Origin: Armatimonadota bacterium
Lineage (GTDB): Bacteria > Armatimonadota > SYMT01
Assembly: GCA_046292385.1 (NCBI GenBank)
Contig: JBKBRF010000034.1
Coordinates: 14,179 to 78,178 of the forward strand
Length of the DNA stretch: 64,000 bases
Reading direction: 5' to 3'
Below, one piece after another: positions 11,161-20,948 of this stretch. Every line of letters begins with the position of its first letter. Position 1 is the stretch's first letter. Both the position numbers and the translations under genes were made by a program. The notes under the pieces were generated by a model. That model did not search any database and was not told where the DNA came from. It saw nothing but the letters and a program-made list of their open reading frames with translations.

Positions 11161-11225
11161 ACTGACCGATCTGGACCACGTGGTACGATTCCTGAACGCA
11201 ACGGAGTACACGAAAGGGGAGGGCA

Positions 11226-11717
11226 ATGGGCTGTAGAGGCGTGTTCTTCGCGCTGTCGCCGGCGCAGGCGGAGCGGCTCCTGGCTGCAAGCTCCGGCGAA
11301 GAGGTCCTCGAGATCGTTCAGGAAGAGCTCGAGGAGCGCTGGGATGAGGAGTGGCTGCAGGAGACGGACCAAGCGTGGGACGCGATCCACCGCTGCCTGA
11401 CCGACGGCACCCTGAGCTTCGCCCCACTTTCGACGCTGCACCAGTGTGTCCTCGGCGGACGCCAGCTCTATGACGGCGACGACTACATCGTTTCGTTCCT
11501 CTCTCCTGCCGAAGTGAAGGAAGTGGCCGCAGCGATCCAGGGCCTGGACCGGCAGTGGCTGCGCGGGAAGTACTTCCGGATCGACCCGGACGATTACGGC
11601 CTGCTTCCCGACCACGAGGACTTCGACTACACGTGGGAGTGGTTCCAGGGAGTGCAGGCGTTCTACCAGAAGGTCGCGGCGGGTGACCGTCCGGTAATCT
11701 TCACCGCCGATCAATAA
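11226..11717 (+). CDS. YfbM/DUF1877 family protein
   Basis: TDQAWDAIHRCLT, LGG, LSPAEVKEVA, FYQKVAA..VIFT. Confidence 0.8.
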   Translation: MGCRGVFFALSPAQAERLLAASSGEEVLEIVQEELEERWDEEWLQETDQAWDAIHRCLTDGTLSFAPLSTLHQCVLGGRQLYDGDDYIVSFLSPAEVKEVAAAIQGLDRQWLRGKYFRIDPDDYGLLPDHEDFDYTWEWFQGVQAFYQKVAAGDRPVIFTADQ

Positions 11718-11884
11718 CCCGCCGGGCACCGGGCCTGACGAAGCGGCGCTTCGTCTCGGCAGGAGGCGGATGGTCGGCCAGCCCCCCGCCGTTGAAAGCG
11801 CCATCCGAGTCCGGGTACCAGCGCGCGGGCGCGACGGCGCGCTGAGCGGAGCGAGCGGCCGACCTGGGAAAGAGTGGAGTACTG

Positions 11885-12396
11885 ATGCGGCAGGTCCCTC
11901 GAGAAGCGCTGCCAGGCAGACGTTTCGCCGTTCAGGTGCTCGGTCGCGCCGACACCCTGCGCCTGGAAGTGGGGGTCCCGCATCTAGTGATCTCCATCTC
12001 GGAGCCGGGCGTGCCGCTCGTGCGATATCCCGAGTCGGAGCATCGCCTCGGGCTGCTGCGCCTCTGCTTTCACGATACGGATCGGGACGGGACCGCCCGC
12101 CACGCGTTCTCCGAAGAGCAGGCCCGCAACATCGTCGATTTCGTCAACCAGCACCGAGACGAGGTACTGCTCATCATATGCCAGTGCGAGGGGGGATCTC
12201 CCGCTCGGCCGGAATCGCCGCCGCGCTGGCGGAGTGGCTCGGCGAGGCATCGGATCCGATCTTCCGTTACTACCGCCCCAATCGCCTGGTCTACGAGCGC
12301 TTGCTCGCCGCGGCGCGCCGCTTCGCCGCAGAGGGCTCAGGCGACGTACCGGCAGAACCGGGCGCAGCAGGAGCCGCGGGCACGGATAAGCCGTAA
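11885..12396 (+). pseudogene. Predicted protein-tyrosine phosphatase-like (Cx5R) protein, frameshifted in a G run
   Basis: VISISEP, LRLCFHD, IICQCEGG|ISRSAGIAAAL..RPNRLVY; a G6 run at 12190-12195 needs G7. Confidence 0.75.
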
Positions 12397-12543
12397 GGAC
12401 GAGCAATGGTCGACCGGACCTGGACGGGCCGGCGGACTGAAGGCGTCCCTGGGAGCGGTTTTGCACCGTAAGCGCCAGGCGCGGCGCGGTGGGTGGACCC
12501 GCCTGGGTGGCCTGCCGAGCCACCCAGGGGGCGTAAGGCCGTC

Positions 12544-13206
12544 TCAAGGGCCGTTTCCCGACCGCACTTCCAGGTAACCATCCGCGGTGGAGGAGAGGGA
12601 CGCTCCGGAGGCCGGCCCTAACGTCTCCGGGCTCCAATCCGCGAGGACAAACACTCCCATAGCCGTGGCGGTTCGTGAGAAGCCCACGGTCCGGTAACGA
12701 AAGAGATACCCATCGCCGACGAAGCCGGACTGCTCCGTAGAGCGAGACCGGTCGCCGGCTCCCTTCCAGTGGAGATCGAGCGCAAGCGGGAAGTAGCTGC
12801 CGGACGAGAAGTCATAGAGCCGGACGGTAGTCCTGAGACTCGCCTGGCTCAAGCTGCGGTCGATCTGAAAGGAGCCTCCCGCCAGCTCCGTCGCGGCAAA
12901 GCCGTCCAGCCAGCGGAAGCCGGTCTGCGGATCGGTCTTCATCACCTGGACCCACAGGCTGGTAGTCGGCTCGGGCCGTGCCGCCCCCACTTGCCGCCGG
13001 CCGTCCAACGCGAAGAGGTTCACCTCCGTCCAGCTCTCCGTCGACGGATCGTAGCCGGTGAAGCTGGCTTCGGCTGCCAGTCCGCTGAATCGCGAGTGGA
13101 AGACCGACGACTGCGCCGGGAGGGGGGAAGGGGTGGTGAGGACCCCGAGTGCGAAGGCGCCGGCGAGGAAAACGCGGTGCCACTTGCGGCAAGATTGTCT
13201 GCCCAT
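12544..13206 (-). CDS. Secreted hypothetical protein, beta-rich
   Basis: Signal-peptide-like N-terminus ending PLPA-QS; alternating polar/aromatic strands. Confidence 0.6.
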   Translation of the reverse strand: MGRQSCRKWHRVFLAGAFALGVLTTPSPLPAQSSVFHSRFSGLAAEASFTGYDPSTESWTEVNLFALDGRRQVGAARPEPTTSLWVQVMKTDPQTGFRWLDGFAATELAGGSFQIDRSLSQASLRTTVRLYDFSSGSYFPLALDLHWKGAGDRSRSTEQSGFVGDGYLFRYRTVGFSRTATAMGVFVLADWSPETLGPASGASLSSTADGYLEVRSGNGP

Positions 13207-13725
13207 CCTGTCTCCTACTGATCACACTTCCAGAGACGGTCCGAGCGGTGACGACGGTCACCCTACCGTTACCCCAGAGGGTGCCCGGCGGCAGGGGATT
13301 CTGTAACCAGAATTGAGGGAGCCTTCGCACCTCGCTCGCGACACGGTCATCCCGTCGCGCGCAGAGGCCGCGCTCGCCGCGCGGCGGCCGGAAAGCGGAT
13401 CGTAGAGGTGTAGAAGTCGGAAGTGCTCTGCATCCTCCGCCGGTGCTGATCTCGCGCACGGCGACCTGCCGAGGGCGGAGGCCGTCTCGGGCCTGAAACG
13501 ACCTCCCTGCCGGGTTAACGCCAGCTCCGGCCAGCCGTTAGCCCCCAGCCCGCGTCTGCCCAGGTTGGCGGGGCACTTGCCACTTACCGCTGGCTAAATC
13601 ACTTGATACCCAGGAAGCCCCACGCGACACACACGGGCGAGTTTACCGCTGGACCCCTCCGGCAAGAGTCCCCATATAAGGCTCGCCCATCTCTACGGAT
13701 GGGCTCCTGATGAACCGAGGACAAG

Positions 13726-14421
13726 ATGAGACTCCGTATTGCCGGAATAGCAAGTGCCCTCGTGATGGGCGTTTCGATATTGGGTGCTGCCCTGGTGAGT
13801 CAGCCGGCGGAGGCGCAGACCTTCCGCGGCAGTGGCTCCATGGGTGGCAGGGGCGGCTTCTCCCGCGGCGGCTTTGGTGGGGGCAGCAGGTCGAGCTTCC
13901 GCACGGGGAACTTCGACAGTGGCAGGGCTCCGATCTTTTCGGACCGGGGCTTGAACCGTCCATTTTCCGTAAACCGAGGCTTCAACGATCCATTCTTCTT
14001 CAACCGGAGCGTCAATGATCCATTCTTCAACCGGGGCTTCAATGACCCGTTCTTCGTGAACCGGGGGTTCAGCGGCCCGTTCTTCGTCGACCAGGGGTTC
14101 AATCGCCCGTTCTTCATTGGCGGGGGCTTCAGCAACCCGTTCCTCGTGAACCAGGGGTTCAGCGGCCCGTTCTTTATCGACCGGGACTTCAATCGCCCGT
14201 TCTTTATCGACCGAGGTTTCAACCGCCCGTTCTTCATCGACCGGGACCACTTCGGGCGCTTCCATCGCCGGGACTTCGATCGGGACGACTTCCGGCGCTG
14301 GCACCGGATGAATGACTGGGACCGGAACGACTTCCGGCGCTGGCAGCGGACGAATGATTGGGACCGGGACGGTGTGCCGAACAACTGGGATCGCTTCCCA
14401 CGCGACCGCCGCCGCGACTAA
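13726..14421 (+). CDS. Secreted low-complexity repeat protein (approx. 10-aa FN[DR]PFFxxRG repeats)
   Basis: RBS GAGG, signal peptide ending AEA, Gly-rich linker, about ten tandem repeats, Asp/Arg/Trp-rich C-terminus. Confidence 0.75.
   Translation: MRLRIAGIASALVMGVSILGAALVSQPAEAQTFRGSGSMGGRGGFSRGGFGGGSRSSFRTGNFDSGRAPIFSDRGLNRPFSVNRGFNDPFFFNRSVNDPFFNRGFNDPFFVNRGFSGPFFVDQGFNRPFFIGGGFSNPFLVNQGFSGPFFIDRDFNRPFFIDRGFNRPFFIDRDHFGRFHRRDFDRDDFRRWHRMNDWDRNDFRRWQRTNDWDRDGVPNNWDRFPRDRRRD
13940..14245 (+). repeat. Degenerate ~30-bp coding tandem repeat
   Basis: Recurrent ccggggyttcaaycgcccgttcttcatcga-like units. Confidence 0.8.
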
Positions 14422-14438
14422 ACCCGACCCATGGCGAC

Positions 14439-14471
14439 CAGAGAGAGCTCCGGAGCCCGGGGCTCTCTCTG
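14439..14471 (+). terminator. Stem-loop downstream of the repeat-protein gene
   Basis: cagagagagctccgg-agc-ccggggctctctctg; no U tract. Confidence 0.5.
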
Positions 14472-14692
14472 CCCCCGGCCCGCAGCCGATCCCTCCGCCA
14501 CGCCCACCCAGGTGCTCCGAACCTCTGGCTGAAGACAGCGTCGGGGCTCTGCCTCCGGTTCCGACACTGACGGAGAGTGGGGCGGAGGTTGGAAGCGCCC
14601 ACCACGAGACTGTAGGATGACTGGTAGGGTGTAACCCATCTGCCCGGTCCAAGTCGTTACCTATCTACCCGTTCGTTCTGGGGAGGGGCGCC

Positions 14693-15100
14693 CTGATACC
14701 GCCGATCCCTCGGGACGCGCTGCGGGGCGAGCGCACGGCCTGCCAGATACTCGGAAGAGCCGAGACGCTGCGCCTGGAGGTGGGAGTCAGGAGTCGGAGT
14801 ACGGCGCGGGGCTCCTGTGGCTGTGCTCTCACGACACGACTCTGGATGGGACGGACCGGAAGGCGTTCTCCGAGGGATAGGGCCGCCGTATCGTAGAACT
14901 CGCGCGCCAGCACCCGGAGGCGGTGCGGCTCATCATCTGCCAGTGCGATGGGTATCGCGTTCAGCGGGATTGGCGGCCGCGCTGGCGGAGTGGCTCGGCC
15001 GGACTTCCGAGGAGATCTTCCGGCACCACCGCCCGAACCGCCTGGTCTACGAGCGCCTACTCGCCGCAACGGAGCGACTCGAAGCAGCGAGACCGCAGGC
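14693..15100 (+). pseudogene. Decayed paralogue of the Cx5R phosphatase at 11885
   Basis: PRDAL..QILGRAETLRLEVGV, LLWLCSHDT, in-frame TAG near 14878, LIICQCD|VSRSAGLAAALAEWLG..RPNRLVYERLLAA. Confidence 0.75.
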
Positions 15101-15204
15101 GACGCCTTCCTCGGGGGAGAACGGTTTCGGGAGCGAAGAGGCCGAGGGCGAACGGGGAGTTGATAGAAAAGTATCAGGCCGACGCCCTCGTCGGAGAGAG
15201 AGAC

Positions 15205-15423
15205 ATGACCCGACTACTCGAGCAGGCGATCCAAGAGGTGCGGGGGCTCCCCGCCAGTGAGCAGGACGAGATTGCCGCCGTCATCCTGAAGGAGTTGGAA
15301 GACGAGCGACTCTGGCAGGACGCGTTCGAGAGATCCCAAGACCAGCTTTCCCTATTGGCTCAAGAAGCGCTAGCCGAGCATCGCGCTGGGGTGACGCGGG
15401 AGCTTGAGCCGGACGAGCTATGA
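15205..15423 (+). CDS. Putative antitoxin
   Basis: MTRLLEQAI..LP.SEQDEIA..ILKELEDERLW..F..SQD.L..LA.EAL.EHRAG; overlaps the toxin gene by ATGA. Confidence 0.7.
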   Translation: MTRLLEQAIQEVRGLPASEQDEIAAVILKELEDERLWQDAFERSQDQLSLLAQEALAEHRAGVTRELEPDEL

Positions 15424-15689
15424 CCTCCCGCACCACCGAGCGGTTCCGGCGAGCGTTTGGCCGCCTCCCGACGGATGTGCAAGAGCAGGCACGCGCTGCA
15501 TACCGGCTTTTCCGACAGGATCCATTCCACCCTGGCCTGCGCTTCAAGAGGGTCCACGACAGCGAACTTATCTACTCGGCGCGGGTCGGATTACACTATC
15601 GGGCGCTTTGCGTCCTCGACACTGATACGGCAACCTGGTTCTGGATCGGCCCTCACGCCGACTATGATCACCTGATCCGCCACCTCTGA
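15420..15689 (+). CDS. ParE/RelE-like toxin
   Basis: F.RLP.DVQ..AR.AYRLF..DPFHPGLRFK, SARVG..YRAL, WFWIGPHADYD. Confidence 0.8.
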   Translation: MTSRTTERFRRAFGRLPTDVQEQARAAYRLFRQDPFHPGLRFKRVHDSELIYSARVGLHYRALCVLDTDTATWFWIGPHADYDHLIRHL

Positions 15690-15743
15690 CCTCGATCGGG
15701 TAAACCTGGGGTGTCGTCCGTGAAGTGCGGGATTACAAGCCAG

Positions 15744-16448
15744 ATGCTTACGAAGCAGATCACCCTGGAGGAAATGCGGGATCTTCCTCTGCCCAGCGCG
15801 GCTCAATTGGCACGATTTGTCGAGCACCTGAAGAACGTACACAGCTGGTATAAGCACCTCCCGCTGCTTGACGGAGATGCCTTCTACGTATTCCTGGCTC
15901 CCGACGCCGGCGAGTGCTATCCCACTCAGCACCCGCCATTGCCCTTCGGGAATGACGCTGAAGGTTACCGGCGGGCCTTTGGGCATCTCGACTACATGTG
16001 GGAGTCGGATGGCTACTGGTTGCGGGATGGGGGACCCCCAAAACGGCTACCGACGCAGGTGGAGGATGAGTGCCGTTTCGTGCTCTTCCCCTACGTGTCG
16101 TACGGTTTCGAGTGGAGCATGCACGAAAAAGCGCTCTCCGTTCTCCACCAGCGGCCGGGCAGCGAGCTGAGACAACGTCTCCTCGACTGGGAAGCCGCCG
16201 ATCACAGAGCTGACGAGGTGTGGCAGCGCCTCCCTGAGACCGAGCGCGATGAGCTCTGCGGACACGACGAACCTTCCGAGAGTCCGGTCACGGCGGGCCA
16301 GTTGGAGTACTTGACTCTGAGGGGGTGGGCGGGCGCGATTCACGAATCGCTGCATATGCAAGAGGAGTCGAAGATCTGGCGCGCCTTGACGAAGCTCCAG
16401 GAGATCCTCCGGCCCCGCAGTACAGGATCGGATATGGAGCTTGAATGA
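15744..16448 (+). CDS. Hypothetical protein
   Basis: Long ORF with globular composition (HSWYKHLP motif); no family recognised. Confidence 0.55.
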   Translation: MLTKQITLEEMRDLPLPSAAQLARFVEHLKNVHSWYKHLPLLDGDAFYVFLAPDAGECYPTQHPPLPFGNDAEGYRRAFGHLDYMWESDGYWLRDGGPPKRLPTQVEDECRFVLFPYVSYGFEWSMHEKALSVLHQRPGSELRQRLLDWEAADHRADEVWQRLPETERDELCGHDEPSESPVTAGQLEYLTLRGWAGAIHESLHMQEESKIWRALTKLQEILRPRSTGSDMELE

Positions 16449-16546
16449 GCCTGCCATACGCAGGCTGCCGTGCGGCTGATCTTGACCTAATCTGACCTGC
16501 GATATCTGAAGTCGCCGTTTCCTGACTGACCCGGACAGAGAGCAAC

Positions 16547-17281
16547 ATGCCTTCCAATGATCAGCTCGAAGTTTGTGCCTTCAACGTTCAATCCTGCGTC
16601 ATTGCCCAGCGCGCCGGGGCGGCGCGGATCGAGCTGTGCGACAACCCGATCGAAGGGGGCACCACGCCGAGCTACGGCACCGTGAGGCGGGCGCGGGAGC
16701 GAGTCGACATCGCGCTCTACCCGATCATCCGACCGCGCTCGGGGAACTACTTCTACGACGAGGACGAGCTCGAGATCATCCGGCGGGACATCGAGGCGTG
16801 CAAGGAGCTCGGCTGCAATGGCATCTCGGTCGGGGTCGCGACGATCGACGCGGAGATCGATACGGAGCGGCTGAAGCGGATCGTCGAGTGGGCCACGCCG
16901 ATGGGCGTTACCTGCAACCGGGTTTTCGACGGCGCGCCGGATCTCTTCCAGGCGCTGGAAGAGGTGATCCGCTGCGGCTGCGAGAGGGTGCTCACCTCCG
17001 GAGGCAAGAGCAGCGCTCCCGAGGCGGGTGAGATTCTCGCCCGATTGGTGCAGCAGGCCGGCGATCGCATCAGCGTGATGCCGGGTGCCGGCGTCAAGAG
17101 CAGCAACCTGGCGAGGCTGCGCCGGGAGTGCGGCGCCCGCGAGTACCATGCTTCGGCGCGCACGATTGCTCCCAACCCGCTGACGTACGTCAATACGCAG
17201 GTCAGCGACTATGGCAATGTGTACCTGGCGGACGAGGAAGAGGTGCGGCGGATGGTCGAGATCCTCTCGGAGGCGGCGTAG
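16547..17281 (+). CDS. cutC: CutC family protein
   Basis: LEVCA, GAARIELC..EGGTTPSYG, IIRPRSGNY, RVFD, ERVLTSGG, MPGAGV. Confidence 0.9.
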   Translation: MPSNDQLEVCAFNVQSCVIAQRAGAARIELCDNPIEGGTTPSYGTVRRARERVDIALYPIIRPRSGNYFYDEDELEIIRRDIEACKELGCNGISVGVATIDAEIDTERLKRIVEWATPMGVTCNRVFDGAPDLFQALEEVIRCGCERVLTSGGKSSAPEAGEILARLVQQAGDRISVMPGAGVKSSNLARLRRECGAREYHASARTIAPNPLTYVNTQVSDYGNVYLADEEEVRRMVEILSEAA

Positions 17282-17568
17282 CAGGGATTCCGACGGTCCT
17301 GGACGAGTCGTCCGGCGCAGTCGCCCTTCCGAGACTGGATCTCTGCCGCGCCTGGGCACTACGCAGCTCACCGGCATCCGCCGCGACTCGCCCCCGGCCT
17401 GCAACCTGGAACGGCCCGCTGACTTCTAACAGTGCCGGGAGGGTCTACGCTCCGCTGTTCCCTGCCTCGGGGAGCGGATGCCAACCCGCAGAGGCATCGG
17501 GCCTCGGGAGAGCGCTAGGGACAGTCTGTGCCTGCTTTCCAAGCTGACGGTCCCAACGGAGACGCGAC

Positions 17569-17895
17569 GTGTTTCGACAGATCCCTGAAGCAGATTGGAA
17601 GGTCTTCCGCCGGCTGCAGCCGCTCGCGATGGACCGGTTCTGCCGGCGAGTTCTGGAGGAGGTGGAGGGAATAGCGGGGGACGCCGGGCGGAGCCCCCAC
17701 CAGCGGTACCTCGAACTCTATCGGCTCCTTCAGGAGCGAGACAAGGAGCTGGAGCGCGGTTTCGATACCCCCCGGCGGTCTACCGCTCTGCTTCAGCTCG
17801 CGCACATCTACGCCGCGGGTCTGCTGACCGAGGAAGAGCTCGCCCAGTTCGGAGACGAAACCCGCGGGTTCGTGGAGTGCCTGGTGAACGGATAG
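17569..17895 (+). CDS. Conserved hypothetical protein
   Basis: IPEADWKVFRRL..A.DRFC, HQRYL.LY, D.EL..FD..RRS; GGAG RBS before GTG. Confidence 0.65.
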   Translation: MFRQIPEADWKVFRRLQPLAMDRFCRRVLEEVEGIAGDAGRSPHQRYLELYRLLQERDKELERGFDTPRRSTALLQLAHIYAAGLLTEEELAQFGDETRGFVECLVNG

Positions 17896-18254
17896 CAGGG
17901 CCGGTCGTCGAGCTCGGCGGGAGCGCGACGCGTGAGCCCACCCGGGCGCAGGGCACCTCCGTGACCCGCAGGCAAAGAGAGCGTCGCGGTTCGGTGCATC
18001 CGCCGTGCCGAACCAAGGAAGCGGGGGTCCACAGCCAGTGGCGCGGGGGCTGTGCCGGCCAGAGGCCAAGTGAAGTTCGGGCACACGCATGACTCTGTCT
18101 CGACGGACGCGGATTGTCTTCCGCTCGGCACAATTCGGTGGCGGACCGCGGGCGGGGGCCTGGGCCCCGTGTCGGTCAGGTATCCCCTGGTTACTGCCGC
18201 TCCGGAATCCGCCGCTGCGGAGTAGGCTCCAGCGTCACCAGGTAAAATGCCGCT

Positions 18255-18479
18255 ATGACTACTAACCAGATCGTCGCACGCGACCCCGAAGTCATGAACG
18301 GGGCGCTGGTCTTCGCCGGGACCCGCGTTCCAGTCGAGGTCTTGATCCAGCATCTCGCGGCGGGAGACTCGCTGGAGCTGTTCCTCGAGGACTTTCCGAG
18401 CGTCAGCCGGGAGCAGGCGGTAGCCTTCCTGCAGTTGGCACTGAAGGAGTTCGAAGCTGAACATGCGTGTGCTGCTTGA
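18255..18479 (+). CDS. DUF433 antitoxin-like protein
   Basis: DPEVMNGALVFAGTRVPV..L..G.S..FLEDFPSV. Confidence 0.9.
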   Translation: MTTNQIVARDPEVMNGALVFAGTRVPVEVLIQHLAAGDSLELFLEDFPSVSREQAVAFLQLALKEFEAEHACAA

Positions 18480-18786
18480 CGAGAACCTTCCCCGCCGCCT
18501 GAAGCACTACCTGCCCGCGAACGTCCAGGCAATGACCGTGGCGGAACGAGGTTGGCCGGGGAAGAAGAACGGCGAGCTGCTCCGAGCGGCACACGCGGAG
18601 TTCGATGCATTCTTGACCACCGACCAGGGAATCCCCCACCAGCAAAACCTGTCGTGGCTGTCCATGGGCATTGTCGTGTTGCAGGCCCGCAGTAACCGGT
18701 TGGAAGACCTAGCGGCGCTCATGCCTGCCGTATCCAGCGCGCTGGACACTCTCCAGCCGGGACAAGTGGTCGTTATCTCGGGCTAA
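18463..18786 (+). CDS. DUF5615 PIN-like toxin
   Basis: MRVLLDENLP, GW.GKKNGELL, FLTTD..IPHQQNL. Confidence 0.9.
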   Translation: MRVLLDENLPRRLKHYLPANVQAMTVAERGWPGKKNGELLRAAHAEFDAFLTTDQGIPHQQNLSWLSMGIVVLQARSNRLEDLAALMPAVSSALDTLQPGQVVVISG

Positions 18787-18823
18787 AGAGCAAACCAGGC
18801 GCCTGCGATCGATTTTAAGCATC

Positions 18824-19288
18824 ATGAATCTCACCGGCATCCACCACGTTTCGATCCTGGTCTCCGACATGGAGCGCGCCGTCGCGTTCTACCGGGACTC
18901 GCTGGGCCTCACCGAGGTGAAGCGGCCCTCCAACTTCGTGACCCCCGTCCGCTGGTTCGAGTTGGGGGAGCAGCAGCTCCACCTGATCCCGAACGACGAG
19001 CCGGACGTCGTGAGCCCGCGGCACTTTGCGGTGCACGTGGACGACTGCGACGCCGCCCGGGAGACGCTCGCCGCGCGCGGGGTGCCGATCCGGGAGACGG
19101 TGCCGATCGCCGGCGCAAAGCGGTTCTTCATCCACGATCCCGACGGGAACAACATCGAGGTGATCCAGTGGCTCCGCCGGTGGGACGACTGGAGCGAGGA
19201 GGAGCTCGGCGTGCCGGACAACGGCGACCGGCGCATGATGACCGAAGACCACGCCGCCCGGCGCCGGCAGGAGCTCCCTGGGAGGTGA
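18824..19288 (+). CDS. VOC/glyoxalase family protein
   Basis: IHHVSILVSDMERAVAFY, HFAVHV, FIHDPDGNNIE. Confidence 0.9.
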   Translation: MNLTGIHHVSILVSDMERAVAFYRDSLGLTEVKRPSNFVTPVRWFELGEQQLHLIPNDEPDVVSPRHFAVHVDDCDAARETLAARGVPIRETVPIAGAKRFFIHDPDGNNIEVIQWLRRWDDWSEEELGVPDNGDRRMMTEDHAARRRQELPGR

Positions 19289-20256
19289 TGGTCGTGCGGA
19301 AAAACGCAGCTCCGGTATTCGGCGCTCCCCCGGACGAGGTGCCGAGGCACAATGCCCCGGATGAGGCGATCCCGCCGTCACACGGGTGCATCCCGTACGA
19401 GCGCCAGTTAGCAGAGAACCCGAGGTGGGCGTTGAGTGAAGGCAGCCGACATTTCGAGGAGAACAGCGCGGTCTTCCAGGCGCTAGAAAAGATCTCACGC
19501 CGGCTTGATGAGTTAGGCGTGGAGTATGCCGTAGTCGGCGGAATGGCCCTGTTCCAACACGGATACCGCCGGTTTACGGAAGACGTCGACATCCTGGTCA
19601 CTCCCAAGGATCTCAGAACCATCCATCAGCGGCTGGAGGGGCGTGGGTACCGGCCCCCACATCCCCATAGTAAGCACCTCCGAGATACCGAGTTGGGAGT
19701 TCGGATCGAGTTCCTGACCTCCGGCGAGTACCCGGGGGACGGGAAGCCCAAGCCGGTGCAGTTCCCAGATCCTGAAGGTGCGACGGTGGAGCGAGATGGG
19801 ATCAAGTTTCTCAGCCTTGAGAAGCTGATCGAACTCAAGCTCGCCTCAGGCATGACCGGAGTTGGCCGTCTTCGCGATCACTCGGATGTCCTGGAGTTAA
19901 TCAAGCTGATTGGGCTTCCGCGAGATTACTCCCGGCACCTCGACCCTTACGTCCGTGAGAAGTACGAGGAACTGTGGGCGCAGGCGGTCCGCCGATATGT
20001 GACTCTCTGGCGAAATGAGCGGTTGACAGCCGGTGCTACGAGTATCCAGGAGATGGCGAGCCGCCTTCGTGACGCGGCAGAGCTGCTGGAAGCGATGCAG
20101 CGGGACGGTGTGGAGCTTCAGTCTCTGGACAGCGTGCGTGACGACTGCGTGTTTCTCACCACCACAGACCCGGAAGTCGCTCGTAAATACGACATGGTTG
20201 AGGAGACCGAGTTCTGGGATGAAGCTGCGGAGGCCTCAGAAGCGGATCAGGATTGA
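19288..20256 (+). CDS. Nucleotidyltransferase-fold protein with a C-terminal extension
   Basis: YAVVGGMALFQHGYRRFTEDVDILV, LEKLIELKLASG, RLRDHSDV; TGATG coupling to the upstream gene. Confidence 0.75.
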   Translation: MVVRKNAAPVFGAPPDEVPRHNAPDEAIPPSHGCIPYERQLAENPRWALSEGSRHFEENSAVFQALEKISRRLDELGVEYAVVGGMALFQHGYRRFTEDVDILVTPKDLRTIHQRLEGRGYRPPHPHSKHLRDTELGVRIEFLTSGEYPGDGKPKPVQFPDPEGATVERDGIKFLSLEKLIELKLASGMTGVGRLRDHSDVLELIKLIGLPRDYSRHLDPYVREKYEELWAQAVRRYVTLWRNERLTAGATSIQEMASRLRDAAELLEAMQRDGVELQSLDSVRDDCVFLTTTDPEVARKYDMVEETEFWDEAAEASEADQD

Positions 20257-20382
20257 GTCGCCTCCCAGGATCGGCAGAGAGTGTCCCAGTACCTGGCGTG
20301 CCGGACAACCGCGCCCGGCGCCGGCAGGAGCTGCCGCGGCATTAGGCTCCCCGCTGCGACCGGCTCCGCGCGAGGCACGCCG

Positions 20383-20748
20383 CTACTCCGAGGGCTCTTC
20401 CACCACGTCCTGGATCCGGCGCTCGGCGATGTTGAGGTCCAGGCTGCTGCGGTCCCGCACGATGTCCCGCACGGTCTCGTTCACGGTGCCGAGGTCTTCC
20501 AGCAGGTCTCGCAGGATCTCCTGCTGCTGCCGGGCGCGGGTCACCTCGCGCGGCTCGCGGACCAGGTCCCGGACCAGCGAGTCTTCCGCGCGGGAGGCAA
20601 CCAGCGGCTCTTCCTGCCCCTCTACGAAGACGAAGGTACGGCGCCCGGGTCCCCGCTCCTCTTCGATCGGCACGATCGCGGTGACCCGGTCGGACCGTAC
20701 GTACTTCCCGTAGCCCAACGGCACCAGCACCCCCAGTTGGATCCGCAT
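20383..20748 (-). CDS. Hypothetical protein with an N-terminus reminiscent of RemA/DUF370
   Basis: LVPLGYGKYVRSDRVTAIVP..RT; AGGAGG RBS. Confidence 0.6.
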   Translation of the reverse strand: MRIQLGVLVPLGYGKYVRSDRVTAIVPIEEERGPGRRTFVFVEGQEEPLVASRAEDSLVRDLVREPREVTRARQQQEILRDLLEDLGTVNETVRDIVRDRSSLDLNIAERRIQDVVEEPSE

Positions 20749-20948
20749 GGCCGGTCCTCCCTTTACCCTCCTCTACCCATCTCGAGCTTCCGGTTAGCCG
20801 CCAGGCTTGACACTGTCGTGCGTGCTGCGAGTGGACGAGCGCCGGTATCATAGCTCTGGCAACTCTGAATGGTTCTCGGCTCTTGCCAGCCCGCTTCCCG
20901 GCTCCGCCTCCGCGGCGCCAACCGTGGGACACGGCGTCCCACCACCTG

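Noticed and set aside
13940..14245. Possible CRISPR array
   Set aside because: Repeats are contiguous, in-frame and degenerate with no unique spacers, and no cas genes are present.
13693..14652. Minus-strand ORF with VDEERAxE repeats
   Set aside because: Mirror of the plus-strand repeat gene, which has the RBS, signal peptide and downstream hairpin.
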